Assembly (NCBI GenBank): GCA_951406725.2
Contig: OX597821.1
Span: 28,334,001-28,398,000 of the forward strand
From: Octopus vulgaris
Lineage: Eukaryota
Length of the DNA: 64,000 bases
Reading direction: 5' to 3'
A program made the translations under genes and the position numbers. Position 1 is the first letter of the stretch. Each line of letters starts with the position of its first letter. Shown in pieces: positions 1 through 12,990 of this stretch. The notes beneath the pieces were generated by a model, which saw only the letters and a list, made by a program, of their open reading frames with translations, had not been told where the DNA came from and searched no databases.

Positions 1-295
1 TACACACGCGCACCTTTGTGTTGGGGGCACCTCCATTTTGGAAGTCCCTTGACCCTGTTATCTCCCCTGACCACTGTCCGAAGTCAGGACGCCATAATAG
101 ATCGTTAGCTCCTACACGCATTTTTCTCTCCTTGTTTCTCTCCTTGTTTTTTTTCTGTGTATCTTTCTGTCGTAGAGCGTAGACTCGAAACATAAAAGAC
201 TTGTTCTATTTCTATTCCTGAGCCCCATACTAATACATTTGTTTGTTTGTACTCCACCTGCCTTCGTCTTTTGTTTATTTTCGTAAACCTTCCCG

Positions 296-349
<54 letters not shown>

Positions 350-643
350 ACGGGAAGGTTTACGAAAATAAACAAAAGACGAAGGCAGGTGGAGTACAAA
401 CAAACAAATGTATTAGTATGGGGCTCAGGAATAGAAATAGAACAAGTCTTTTATGTTTCGAGTCTACGCTCTACGACAGAAAGATACACAGAAAAAAACA
501 AGGAGAGAAACAAGGAGAGAAAAATGCGTGTAGGAGCTAACGATCTATTATGGCGTCCTGACTTCGGACAGTGGTCAGGGAGATAACAGGGTCAAGGGAC
601 TTCCAAAATGGAGGTGCCCCCAACACAAAGGTGCGCGTGTGTA
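1..643. repeat. Near-perfect palindrome (~296-bp arms) centred on (TA)n; two inverted copies of a hammerhead-bearing repeat end
   Basis: 1-296 is the reverse complement of ~347-643. By eye the arms differ only in homopolymer length (C4 vs G3, T8 vs A7). Spacer is (TA)n at ~297-346. The left arm runs off the window start. Confidence 0.95.
162..199 (+). ncRNA. Degenerate minimal type I hammerhead-like motif (mirror copy on - strand at 447-484)
   Basis: TCTTT-CTGTCGT-A-GAGC gtag ACTC-GAAA-CA-TA-AAAGA. Helix I TCTTT/AAAGA is intact. Core and helices II/III carry substitutions relative to the cleaner copy at 18748-18783. Confidence 0.5.
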
Positions 644-1492
644 TAGGAGAGTATGTATGTGCGTGTGAAAGAGGGCTGGTGGTCTGGACGTGTGTGTATA
701 TGTATGTGTGGGTGTGGAGATGTGGGGATGGGTGTGTGGGTGGTGTGTTGTGATGTGATATGTGTGAATGGGTGTGTGGGCGGTGTGCTGTGGGCGGTGT
801 GTTGTGATGTGATGTGTAATGTTGTATGGTGTAGTGTATATATATCGTTTCTGATTTGGTTTGCAAGATCCTTCATTTGACTTCGTGTGTTGAGGCATAT
901 TCTATTATTTCTGAGGAGGGTCATCCTCTTTTGATGCCTGATAATTTAACACACTCACCGGTAAGATTTTTCCACTTATTTTATATTTTTCCAAAATTTT
1001 CGTTGCGTCTTGCAATCTTTTCAATACTTTTGACTCTCTCCGTTACTCACACTACGTTCCTTTTTGTTTATTTGTGTGCATGTATGCGGAACAGAGTGTA
1101 TGTGTGTGCCTAAACATGCATGTATGTATGTATGCATGTGTCTGTATGCACGTGTGTGTGCATGTGCATATGTATATATTTATATACGTGTGTACATTTG
1201 TATGTATGTACTCTGCATATTCATGTGTTTGCATGTCCATGTTTGTGTATTTTTATGTATGTATCGTCTGGATATCTTCCTATAGTTCATGGTTGTTGAC
1301 TATTTGTGTAGGAACTATATGTTCAGTAGTTTTGGGTATGTTTCCACCCGGAATGTTTCTTTATCCGGTGTTTTTCCTGACATTAAAAATTGAAATTCTC
1401 TGCTTGTGGTATATATATATATATATAGTAGAACACTGTGATCGACTGCCCCCCTTTTCCATGATCTCGAGCCTTGTGCCTAGATTAGAAAG

Positions 1493-1493
1493 G

Positions 1494-1552
<59 letters not shown>

Positions 1553-1557
1553 TATTA

Positions 1558-1630
<73 letters not shown>

Positions 1631-1840
1631 TGTTATTATTATTATTATTATCATTATTATTATTATTATTATTATTATTTTTATTATTTTTATTATTATT
1701 ACTATTATTATTATTAATATTATTATTATTATTATAATTATTATTATTATTATTATTATTATTATAATTATTATTACTAATATTATTATTATTATTATCA
1801 TCATTATTATTGTTGTTGTTGTTGTTGTCATTGTTATTAC
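1493..1840. repeat. (ATT)n microsatellite, preceded by a SINE-B 3' end (~1430-1492)
   Basis: Long imperfect ATT array. The preceding 'gccttgtgcctagattagaaagg' matches the SINE-B end at ~2118-2141. Confidence 0.9.
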
Positions 1841-1939
1841 TATTTACTTATAATCTGACTAATTAAAACAATCACTCGCTGAGACACACCCAGCGGCCTA
1901 GGGCAAGTGAAAGATAATTGATGTTAAAATATAACTGAA

Positions 1940-2141
1940 AGCTTGCAGGGCAAAATTCGTAGCAGCATTTCGTCTGTCCTTACGTTATGAGTTCAAATGA
2001 GTTCAAATTCCGCCGTTCAAATTCGACTTGGCCTTCTATCTTTTTGGGGTCGTTAAATTACGTACCAGTGAAGTACTGGGGTCGATGAAATTGACTGGTC
2101 CTCTGACTCAGACTTCAGGCCTTGTGCCTTTAGTAGAATGG
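1940..2141 (+). mobile_element. tRNA-derived SINE family B (MetaSINE/MESC-like core), degraded, followed by compound trinucleotide tract 2142-2362
   Basis: B-box GAGTTCAAATTCC and core 'gccttctatctttttggggtcgttaaattacgtaccag'. Homologous to the clean copy at 50540-50768. Confidence 0.8.
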
Positions 2142-2148
2142 ATTATTA

Positions 2149-2215
<67 letters not shown>

Positions 2216-2313
2216 CATCATCATCATCATTATTATTATTGTTGTTATTATTATTATTATTATTAGTAGTAGTAGTAGTTGTTGCAGCAGCAGCAGTGGT
2301 GATGGTGGTGGTG

Positions 2314-2363
<50 letters not shown>

Positions 2364-2704
2364 TATAATATCAACATTATTAAGGCATTTGAAAATCTTG
2401 GAAAATTTGTGAACAGAATCTAAAGAATTGTGACAATGTACAGCTGCAAAAGACGACTTAATAACACTTAAAACTTGTGTATACAGCAGATGAAAGATAT
2501 CTAAAAATGATCGAACAAGCCAAGTAAATGACACCATGAAACATACTTTAGTAAATATGTCTGCAATAATTAGTCTCAAAGCGTTTATGAAACTATGTGA
2601 AATACACAAGAACTGCGTAGACGACAGCATAGTCAACACTTAAGACGTCAACCAGTACACAGATATTTATATACAGGCACACGCACATACGCACACACGT
2701 ATGC

Positions 2705-2753
<49 letters not shown>

Positions 2754-2754
<1 letters not shown>

Positions 2755-3263
2755 TAGCAGTATCGCCCAGCGTTGCTCGGGTTTGTAAGGGAAATAAGTA
2801 TATAAGCATTTTTAGAGAGTTACTTCCCTTATAGATGCCAATTCGGACTTTCTTAGCCATTTCTGTTTTGGTGTCTTCAAGCTATGAAGTCCTTGTTCTA
2901 AAAGAACGCTGTTCTCCTTGACAACGCTTTACGACGTTGATTTCTTTACACTCCCTTCCCCACAGCTTCACGAGGGAGGGAAGAGGGAGAAGCAAACAGG
3001 TGCAGCTGTGAGCGTGGACGCCAACTCCGCCGCCATCGACACACGAAAAATTATGCATTAAAATGGAATAAAAAATGATGTTAAATTATTTTTAAAATCG
3101 TAGTCTCATCGTTGACGCGCGCTAATAGCCAGACGGGCTCGATATGAATCACGACTATAAGATACCCGAATTTGGTTAAACTGCACCGCAAAATGTGGGA
3201 GGAGTTAGGAATCTAAATCGAAGGGGACAGACACTCACACAACTAGAGTTTTATATATATAGA
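2754..3263 (-). mobile_element. Non-autonomous Helitron
   Basis: Minus strand starts TC(TATATATATAAAA) and ends CTAG, with a GC-rich hairpin just inside the 3' end (plus 2766-2781 CCCAGCGTTGCTCGGG). Inserted between A and T next to (TA)n, no TSD. Second copy at 9829-10222. Confidence 0.8.
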
Positions 3264-3439
3264 TATGGGGAAAGTATGAAGAAAAAAGCTAAAATGCATA
3301 TTCGATATAAAAAAAAGTAAAGGCTTTTTTTATGAAAAGTATCGATAAAATATATACAAGATGAACTAAGTGAGAATCAAGTGGAATAAAATTCATTATT
3401 ATGAATTGTTAAAGGGATTCAAAGTCATACCGGTTTCGT

Positions 3440-4319
3440 CAATTACACCAACTTTTGCACGAAAATTCTCGTCAAATGACACGGGAACTGGAAGAGAAAA
3501 TGGAATGCTCCCACATTGCTATAGAGAAGCATCTTCACTCGATGGAAAAGGTTTAACATGGGTTCCGCATGCTTTAAGTGAAAATAACAAAAATTATCGA
3601 GCCACAATCTCCGCTGTTTTGCTTGGTCGTCACCGCTCAATTCATGGACACAAGCATCGATTTCTTTACTGAATCGTTGCTGGCGACGAAAAATAGTGCC
3701 TGTACATCAATATGAAGCGGCGTAAGGAATGGCTTAGCCTCGGTAAACAAGCGACAACACACGTGAAACATGATATTCTTCTGCGTAAAACGATGTTGTG
3801 CGTATGATGGGACTGGGAAGTGATTATCCATTATCAATTGCTTGAACGGAACCAAACGGTCAACGTGGAACTCTGTGTTCAACAGATGGATACAACACGG
3901 TTATTCAAGCGAAAATACCTAATGGGCAGCATGGAGCTCTTCTGTTGCACGACAACACCCGCCCTCATATCGCCGATATGACCAAGGAAGCCATTCAAAC
4001 GCATGGCTGGGAAGTGCTGCCACGCCCACCCTACCCTCCTGGTTTGGCACCAACGGATTTCCACCTCTTTCCATATCTTTCGAATGCTATGCGCGGACTT
4101 TAGTTCAATACTGATGCAGAATTGAGAGCTTTGTTGGATCAATTTTTGGAGTCGAAATCGGGTGATTTTTACCAACGAGATATTGAAAATTTCGTTAAAC
4201 GTTTGGAAGAAGTTGTAAACAACAAGGGTGTTTAAATTATTGATTAGTTAGTTGTTATTTTTTTATTAAACCGTTTAAAAATTTTAAATTCAAAAAACGG
4301 CGGGAACTTAGTTTCTAAC

Positions 4320-4323
<4 letters not shown>
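3440..4323 (+). mobile_element. Decayed, 5'-truncated mariner transposon (transposase pseudogene)
   Basis: Motifs WVPHAL, IVAGDEK, HDNTRPH and HPPYPPGLAPTDFHLF spread over broken frames. Right TIR-like end 'aaaaaacggcgggaacttagtttctaacctga' followed by TA. Confidence 0.9.
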
Positions 4324-4373
<50 letters not shown>

Positions 4374-4377
4374 AATG

Positions 4378-4445
4378 TACGACGGGCTAATTTCAGTTCC
4401 TATGTACCAAATCCACTCACGAGGTTTGGCCGGCCTGATGCTACA
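4378..4445 (-). mobile_element. SINE family A fragment
   Basis: 'tacgacgggct..tttcagttcc..taccaaatccactcac' matches the reverse complement of 13100-13155. Confidence 0.65.
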
Positions 4446-5922
4446 TGCTTGCGTGTGTTTGTGTGTGCGAGTGCGTATCAATATATGTGTGTTAGTTTGC
4501 GTTTGTTGCTTGCATATGGATATAGTGTCTTTTGTTCATAAAAGATGACTTTGTCCATGACCGTTTCCTGAAGGCATCTGAAACGCATGCAAGTAATGTA
4601 TTAAAAATCTTCGAACAAGTAAGCTAACAGGTTTGATTTTTCCTGTTGCGTGCATTTGCTATGGTCATTTGTGGACTCTGAAATATCTGCTTGGATCATA
4701 AGAAACAAGTTTCGATCACATTTTGTAGCACCTGAGACGATGGGCTTTTCTGTAAAGTTTGTTAAATTAAAATACTGTGAGTGAATTTAGATGGTCATGA
4801 TCGATCGGTATGTCGTCAACAATTAAAAAGGGTCGACCTTGTCACTAATTCTGAATCTGATTAGAATTATTTAGGAATACACCTGGGCTCTTAACCATTT
4901 ACATAATATCTCATTATGTTGGCTGTTTTGTAAATCGAGCTGCGGAACTACCCATCGAAGTAAACAACGGGGGGTCATCTTTTCTTTGCTTTGTTGCGCA
5001 GATTATTTAAATTACGTTGTTTTCTGTAATAATGACCTTAATAGAATTGGACGCTTATTTCATTGATCATATATTGTATAAGACGCAATACCGAAGTAGG
5101 TTTAATGAGTATAGTTTTCTTGTACTAAACAAGGATACTCTTCATTTCGTATGTGCAATGATATAAACTGCAGTATGGCCTTGAAATTTTTCGTCTTGTT
5201 TTTCATCATATGCAGCACATGTTATGATTGGTGACTTTTGTGATCTCATATTTGATATTTTCTCTATTGCATTTCCAAGATCCTCGAACTTTGATCATCT
5301 TCCAACATACAAGCAAGCGATTTAGTAGAAAGTATTATAGATGTACATAACTGTAAACAGCTTGGGTTCTTTGTCTTTGATTACAGCATTCGAAAGACTT
5401 GCTTTTATCACACTGTCAGCTTCAACATGTATCGCTCCAAATGTCGAAATTTTACATTCGTCATATGATAAAAGCGGTGATAGTTAACATCACATATTCT
5501 CAGTTAGCATGTACAAGTGTCACCATATTGCCTATTGGGTTCAACTACCTGTCAATGCACTCCAAATTTAGAATATATTTACATAGATATTTCATCTATC
5601 TTGTTGAGTATGACGGAAGTTCTCATCGCAACAAACTACAAGAGGTATATTACGTAAAGGAAATACTGAATGATATACAAAATGCAAAACACACTGTTTA
5701 TCATGTTTTTGAAATTTATCTCTTATCCAAGCTGATGTAATTCATTGTGGCAAGAAAATGCTATAATTCCATGCTATAATTTCATGAAAGATTTGCCCAA
5801 ATATTACTAGTATATCTCGTTTTCTTGAGGTGTTAATTATATCTTCACCTATTTATATATATGTGTGTGTGTGTGTATGTAGATGAACATGCGCGCGCGC
5901 ATATATCTATATAGAAATGCAT

Positions 5923-5963
<41 letters not shown>

Positions 5964-6059
5964 TCATATAAACAGAGTAAAGTTTTTTAACAGTGTAAGG
6001 GAGATAGCCATTATTTAAGACTTTTTTTCCTTCATTCTAAAGGTAAATCGTAGTCTTTT

Positions 6060-6780
6060 AAAGATAGTTGCACTAAAAATAAACCAACTACTTGCAAAAC
6101 TATTTGTTTTGATTATTCCTTATGGAAGGCAAATTAAATCTAATCTTCTTTTCCAGTTTCGTGAAGCTATTATTAAGAAAATTCCAAAGAATTCTAGGTA
6201 TTACTCGATTATCAACTCGCACATTGTTAGGATTAGCTTTTTTCTAACACAGAAAATCATTCACAAATTATCTCTTCACATAATATTAGTCTGTTAAATA
6301 AGAATCCAATTACTGAAAATACTAGCATTAAGTTAGCTAATACTAACCATCCCCTAAAAATATTAACAACAAGGTTATTGTTTCTGAAGTCAATTCCAAC
6401 AGAATTAAGTTTATGCCTAGTAATTCTAAGACTACAAACTCTATATATCAGTGTGAAATTACTTCCGGTACCGATGTTTATTTTTTATACAGATAGTCCT
6501 TGTTCCCAGTTATCTAAAAGAATTTCTAATCATTACTCTACATTTAGGGATAGTAATAAACGCAACAGTACAGGGCTTAGTAAATTAATTTGGTATCTAA
6601 TAAATCATAATAAACAATTTGGTTGATTCTCTCCATTTCATTCCCATAGGATAAAGACAAAGAATTCTGCCAACTCTGTAATATTGAACTCCTTTATAGC
6701 TCTAATGTCGATGGAGAACCATCGATAAACACTAATACTAGCACAAATTAACGAATTCCAGGCGATATGGAGATAAACCG
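6060..6780 (+). mobile_element. Decayed Penelope-like element 3' part (RT-EN linker and GIY-YIG endonuclease)
   Basis: ORF 6109 (IPYGRQIKSNLLFQFREAIIKKIPKNSRYYSIINSHIVRISF) and ORF 6378 (KRISNHYSTFRDSNKRNSTGLSKLIWYL), then FCQLC. These resemble PLE consensus blocks 'HFP..H..HKIFNRNTVKISYS' and 'NH..SF......STELSKYIW.L...CNLC'. Confidence 0.7.
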
Positions 6781-6994
6781 GTGTACGCTAGGGTGAAATG
6801 CAACCTCGTGAAAAGCAGCCTCTTTCCATTCGAAACTTCTTAAACACGATTTGTATATTATATACATGCAGAAAGTGTGAGGGAGATATCTATACATTTG
6901 TACATATTCCAATTTAGTCTTTCTACTTAAGTTTCAGCTATTTAACTGCAGCTATGCTGAGTCAGTATTTTATACATACATACGTACATATTTT

Positions 6995-8137
6995 TGAACT
7001 AGTCTGTATAAATCACAAGTTTACTGCTAACCAACGGAGAGTGTATAGAGAGATGAAGAAAGAAAATATTACCGTTAAGAAAGCATCTCTCAAGAATATC
7101 TGGAATCATTCTGGTTAAAAATCAGTAATGATAACAGGAATTGCAACCTTAATCGATTGTGGCTAAATGTAATAATGAGAGAATATTGTACCAGTATCAG
7201 CAGTAGAACATATGCAATTGACCCGGATATTTTCATCATAGCTCTAGGCACACTGCCTAATGAGAAGGCCTCTGTACGGGATCTAATACTTGCATACTGG
7301 TTGACATTTTACAGGAAACCACTAATAAACATATTCAAAAGTACTATGGAAGGTCAGATTGACATACCAAATTGGCTTTCTATAGCGCGAGTGAATCTCG
7401 TGGGCAAGAATGAAACTGCTGAGTTGCCTGAAAGCTACAGACCCATTGCTTGCCTACACATTATTTACAAACTGACTCAAGCTGACGCAACCAGTTCCTC
7501 CAGGATCGTTGTAAATCCAACAACATAGTGACTGTTGAGCAGGCTGGTGGAAAGAAGGGAGTGAGGGGATGTGCTGAACATTTTCTGATAAACAAAGTTG
7601 TACTGTCTGAAGAAAGAAAAAACACCTCCGTTACGCGACATGGCGTTGTTGCAAAAAATCATACAATGCCGTTTGGGAAAAAAGACTGTCGTGGAGTAAA
7701 TATAGAGAACTCCACTGTTATTGAGTGGACACACAAATGCCAGCACAAGGAATACTGCTGGAATATTCCCATCAAAGCATCTGTCAAGTGTAAGCATAAC
7801 AGGCCGGATTCATGTTTGGGACAGACAAGAAAATGTACGAAACGTCATAGAGATCAGCTGGCATGCTGATGTGATTATTTCTCCGAAAATCAATGAGGAA
7901 GAAGATAATCATTGACAAATTCGTCGAAACCTGCAGCTTCTCTATCCGGATTACAAATTTACATTTGAACGAATAATAATTGGAGCACTTGGTTTGGTAA
8001 GTCAATGCCTAACTGTCAGCCATGATAAGCTTGGGTTTTCTGAAACAGAAATCAACCAACTGATTCACACATTAAAAATACAATTTGTAAGCGGAACAGT
8101 AAAATTATGCAAGACGTTTCTCAGGTTTAAAATGTGA
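6995..8137 (+). mobile_element. Old RLE-type non-LTR retrotransposon (R4-like) with the RT core internally deleted
   Basis: PNWL..., YRPIACLHIIYKL and EQAGGKKGVRGCAEHFLINK join directly to the RH(G), HNRPD, IEIS and IIGALG nuclease motifs. Stop at ~8137. Confidence 0.8.
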
Positions 8138-8644
8138 CGTTGTTTTTGTTATCTATATTCCAAAGATAGAGATTTATATCATGTTTAGAAACCAGTTGTT
8201 TCTTGAGAGTAAGAATTTAAATGATTAACTATTGATGACACATACTTATGTACATACATACATACATACATACATACATACATACATACATGCATACATA
8301 CATACATACATACATACATACATACACGTATTCATGTATCAGTATTATAGAGGACAACGGCTTATGCAAAACATATGCAGCATATACATCAAAATCAGTT
8401 GCAAACGAATCTCTGGAATCAGAGAAAAGAATCTATATATGTAATGGTAATGTTTGTTCACATGTTGAACATTACAATCTCAAGAATACAACTATTTTGA
8501 ATTCAAGCGGGTATCTTTATTAAAGTCATTCACTTCTATTTTTACAGATCAACTCTGTAATCTATTGAGGAGTAATTTAATTGTTCAGCAATTCACAAAT
8601 TCTACATGCATTTGATATTGATATTATCTCTGTCTGTCCGTCTG

Positions 8645-8804
<160 letters not shown>

Positions 8805-9652
8805 CACTGTTTGTTTCAGCCTCACTCTTTCTCTCAAAAATGTTTTCTCTGAAAAATGGTTTCTCAAAAGCTAATCTTTCCTATTGTCATTACTTGTAGA
8901 CAACTTTTGATTTCGTCGCTACTTTGAAAGGCATTCTAATTATACATTTTTAGCCCTTTAGAATTTTTTCTTCGTTCTCTTCGACCCCGGTCATTACTTA
9001 CTATTTGGTCTAGAAACACTATATTCCATTTTTCTGATTTTTTTCCTTTGTTTAAATGCTTGTTTCACTTACCTTTTCCTCCTCTTCTCACGCCACGTTT
9101 TTATTTCTCGTTCAGTCTGCAGACCTCGTATTTTATGTTGTATTTCTCTCATCTTTTTCTCTTCTTGTCTGTTTATCCTGTTTACGCGTTTATACCTTAG
9201 TAGCTTACGTTTCTATGACTGTCGATTTGAATAATAATGTCGAAATATTTCGAAATTGTGATTCAACAACTGGTGAAAGAACTCACGGCGTCAATGCCTA
9301 TTCTGCGAGATTTTACCATCTTATTTGCTACTCTTCTGATTACACACACAAACACACGCACATACACACACACACAAACACACACACATACACACACACA
9401 CAAAAACACAACACACACGTCCACACACACACATACAAACACATATGCGCACACACATATGTGTTTTGTGGATACTCATATGTATGCATGTATGTGTTAT
9501 GCATGCCTGAATACACTCACACAAACACACATACGCACACACACACACACATATGCACACATACATACATACATGCATACATACATACATGCATACATAC
9601 ATACATACATACATACATACATACATAATACGTACACACAGATATACACATA

Positions 9653-10219
9653 TAGGTACAGGCGTGGCTGTGAGGTAAGAAGCTTGCTTCCCAACGACAC
9701 AGTTCCGGCGTCAGTCCTCCTACGTGACACCTTAGGCAAGTGCTTTCTACTGTTGCCTGAAGCCGACCAAAGCCTTGTGAGTGCATTTGGTAGACGGAAA
9801 CCGTCGGATATATATACATATATATATACTAGCAGTATCGCCCGGCGTTGCTCGGGTTTGTAAGGGAAATAATTATATAGGCATTTTTAGAGAGTTATAG
9901 CCAAAAAATAGCAAAGAAATGCATTAAAAATGGAAAATAAATGATGGTAATTTTTTTTTAAATCGTTGACTCATCGTAGACATTTTTAGAGAGTTACTTC
10001 CCTTATATAATAGCGAAAAAAATGCATTAAAATGGAAAAAATTATGTGAATTTTTTTTTATCGTAGACTCATCGTAGACGCGCGCTAATACCCAGAAGGG
10101 CTCGATAGGAATCAGGACTATAAGATACCCGGTTTTGGTTAAACTGCACCGCAAAATGTGGGAGTAGTTAGGAATCTAAATCGTAGGAGACAGACACACA
10201 ACTTCTCTTTTATATATAA

Positions 10220-10266
<47 letters not shown>

Positions 10267-10535
10267 CGTGTTTATGTGTGTGTGTATCTACGAGTGTGTG
10301 TATGTCTGAGTGTGCGTCTGTGTGTGTGTGTATGTCGTTTTGTCTGTGTTTGTCTCCCACAATCGCTTAACAATTGGTGATGATGCGTTTACGTCTCTGT
10401 AACTTAGCGGTACGGCAAAGAGATCGATAGAATAATTGTCAAGCTTTAAAAAATAATAATGGTGTCGATTCATTTGGCTAGAGGTTTCTCAAGACAGTGC
10501 CCCACCATGGTCTTAGTCAAATGACCGAAACATTA
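9653..10535 (+). mobile_element. SINE family A split by a Helitron inserted in its central (TA)n
   Basis: 5' half at 9653-9806 (tggctgtgaggtaag...ccttaggcaagtg) and 3' half at ~10260-10535 (aacttagcgg...gtcaaatgaccgaaac). Both are collinear with the intact copy at 12991-13390. Confidence 0.85.
9829..10222 (-). mobile_element. Non-autonomous Helitron (same family as 2754-3263)
   Basis: Plus-strand CTAG at 9829 followed by hairpin CCCGGCGTTGCTCGGG; ends ...tatataaaGA|T. Contains internally duplicated blocks. Confidence 0.8.
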
Positions 10536-10689
10536 AATGATTAAAAAGATATAAAATATATTTGCACACACCCTCACACACACGCATACATATATACAGA
10601 GAGAGATGGAGAGGAGAAAAGGAGGGAGGGAGGGAGGGAGGGAGGGAGAAAGGCAAACAGACAGAGAGACAGGGAGACAGTGAGGCAAA

Positions 10690-10756
10690 TAGATAGATAG
10701 ACAGACAGGCAGACAGATAGACAGACAGATAGATAGATAGAGAGACAGACAGACAA

Positions 10757-10834
<78 letters not shown>

Positions 10835-10879
10835 TGATAGATAGATAGAAAGATAGATAGATAGATAGATTGATAGATT

Positions 10880-10938
<59 letters not shown>

Positions 10939-11051
10939 GGACAGATAGATTGACACACAGAAAAAACAGACAAACAGACAGACATACAAACAGACCGACA
11001 TACCGACAGAAAGACAGACCGACAGACGGAGAGACATATATATATATATAT

Positions 11052-11102
<51 letters not shown>

Positions 11103-11169
11103 TACAAATGGACAGATAGACGGACAGACAGACAAACAGACAGACATACAGATGGATAGACAGATAGAC

Positions 11170-11229
<60 letters not shown>

Positions 11230-11339
11230 GGAGAGACAGATTGACAGGCAGACAAACAGACAAACAAGCAGACAGATCGACAGAGAGACAGACCGACAGA
11301 CAGATAGGTAGATATGTTGATAGATAGACAGATAGATAA

Positions 11340-11402
<63 letters not shown>

Positions 11403-11432
11403 CACAGATAGACAGACATGTAGATAGATAGA
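10690..11432. repeat. (GATA)n/(GACA)n compound microsatellite
   Basis: Seen directly. Confidence 0.95.
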
Positions 11433-12207
11433 TATTGGAGTATCACTGTTGTTAGTCGCTTTCATATTACTTCCGATGCTTATAAAGCATTATATTTAAC
11501 AAGAACTGGCATAGTTGACTACAATCGTTCTTGCCTTGTACTAACTGTAAATAATTTGATTCTTAATTCCCGTTGCACATATCTCAGAATTTTATCTGAA
11601 TTTGGTAAAATAACAATTATCGTTCTGACATGATTCTGCTTGCTAAGTTGATTGTTGAAGACAAATGCATATTTATGATGACACATTTTCCATTCTTGAG
11701 TAGTATGATCATAAGTTTACTATTTCTAAAATACAACAGTGATTCACAACAGATCTTATGTCGGTTCAACAACTAACACCAATAGTTTTCTTGAAGTAGA
11801 TTTAGATATTATTGCGTCTCCATATATTTTTGAACAAGTGGATATGAAACATGCTAAGATAGCATGATATATTGCAATATGGATCTGGTATTATAACGGC
11901 ATTTATCATCTGCTCTACAGGATCTCTCGTGTGAAATTCTTAAAATTATTCCTTCGTATATGAGAATGCCGCTATCACATCTACCGTTGTCATATCAATA
12001 TAGTGTCTAGTTTGCCTTTTTAATATTTATAGAGTTTTAGCTCTTGCTAGCTAATGCATTATGTTTTCTAATTCAGCGAATGAAAATATAGAAACATCTT
12101 GTAAAAAAAAAATATTAACGGTTTTGAACACTAATAATGTCATATTATACACCACCATAAGGTTTAGCATTATTAGTTGATACTTGTTTTAATAAGGTAT
12201 AGTCTAA

Positions 12208-12520
12208 TTAGAAGCGCAGAATTTCTAGTGTCCTCCAGTCAGTTCTATCCTGGGCCGCTTCTTTCAGACTGGCTATGTCCATTCCGGTATCGCTCTTGAT
12301 GGTGTCAATCCAGCAGGTTCTTGGTCGGCCTCTTCCTCTCTTGCCACTGACCATTCCGAGCATGATGTCCTTCTCCAGGGATTTTCTCCGCATAATATGA
12401 CCGAAATATGCCAATCTGTGCTTGGCGATCCTAGCTTCTAGCTTCATTTTCGGCCTGATCTGCTTAAGAACTTCGCCATTGGTGAGCCTCGCTCTCCATG
12501 AAATCCATAAAAGGCCATTC
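12208..12520 (-). mobile_element. RTE-clade LINE 3' fragment
   Basis: ORF ISWRARLTNGEVL...RLAYFGHIMRR...GKRGRGRPRTCWID...AAQDRTDWR is the typical RTE C-terminus. Confidence 0.85.
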
Positions 12521-12990
12521 ATTTACTTATTGTTCAATTAGAGATACGGTTAGATGTCAGCGGGGAAAATTAACCGAGATAGGCTTCACAGACGGTTGCA
12601 TTTAAGAACTGATAGCGAGTAGAATGTTTCGTGACTGATTAGGCGTGGGGCGTTAACGTAGGTATATGAGTTCCATCTATGCTAAGGTAGATGTATGAGA
12701 TGGATGGAGGGGCAAGTTATTACGGAGAAAGGGTAAACTTTTTATTTGTGATAAACACGTTTCCTTATGAGTCTCGAGGATACTTCGTTAATATAATTTA
12801 TGATTGCTATTTTAGCTAAATGTACGTCTTTGCGACGCTTATCTAGAACAAGTTTCAGGGAAGTTTCTCCAGATTATCTCTAACCACGAAACGTGTATAA
12901 AGTGCACACCTCTGCAGGTTGAGAAAAAAACAAACACTTTTACGTTCAGTTAAGAAGTAGAAATAGAAAACAAATATCTCTTGAATCATA

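Noticed and set aside
905-950. CTGAGGA-GGGTCATC..GATGCCT-GATA hammerhead-like string
   Set aside because: GAUA instead of GAAA and no convincing helix I or III; at most a relic.
1052-2639. Long ORFs (e.g. 259 aa at 1074-1853) and similar ones at 10513-11465, 24115-24948 and 31480-32004
   Set aside because: Stop-free reading through microsatellites (poly-I, YI, LSIY, HT, VCMY); no domain content.
6800-6845. CTCGTGA...CGAAAC downstream of the GIY-YIG remnant
   Set aside because: The position fits a pLTR hammerhead, but the core and helices are too degraded to support a call.
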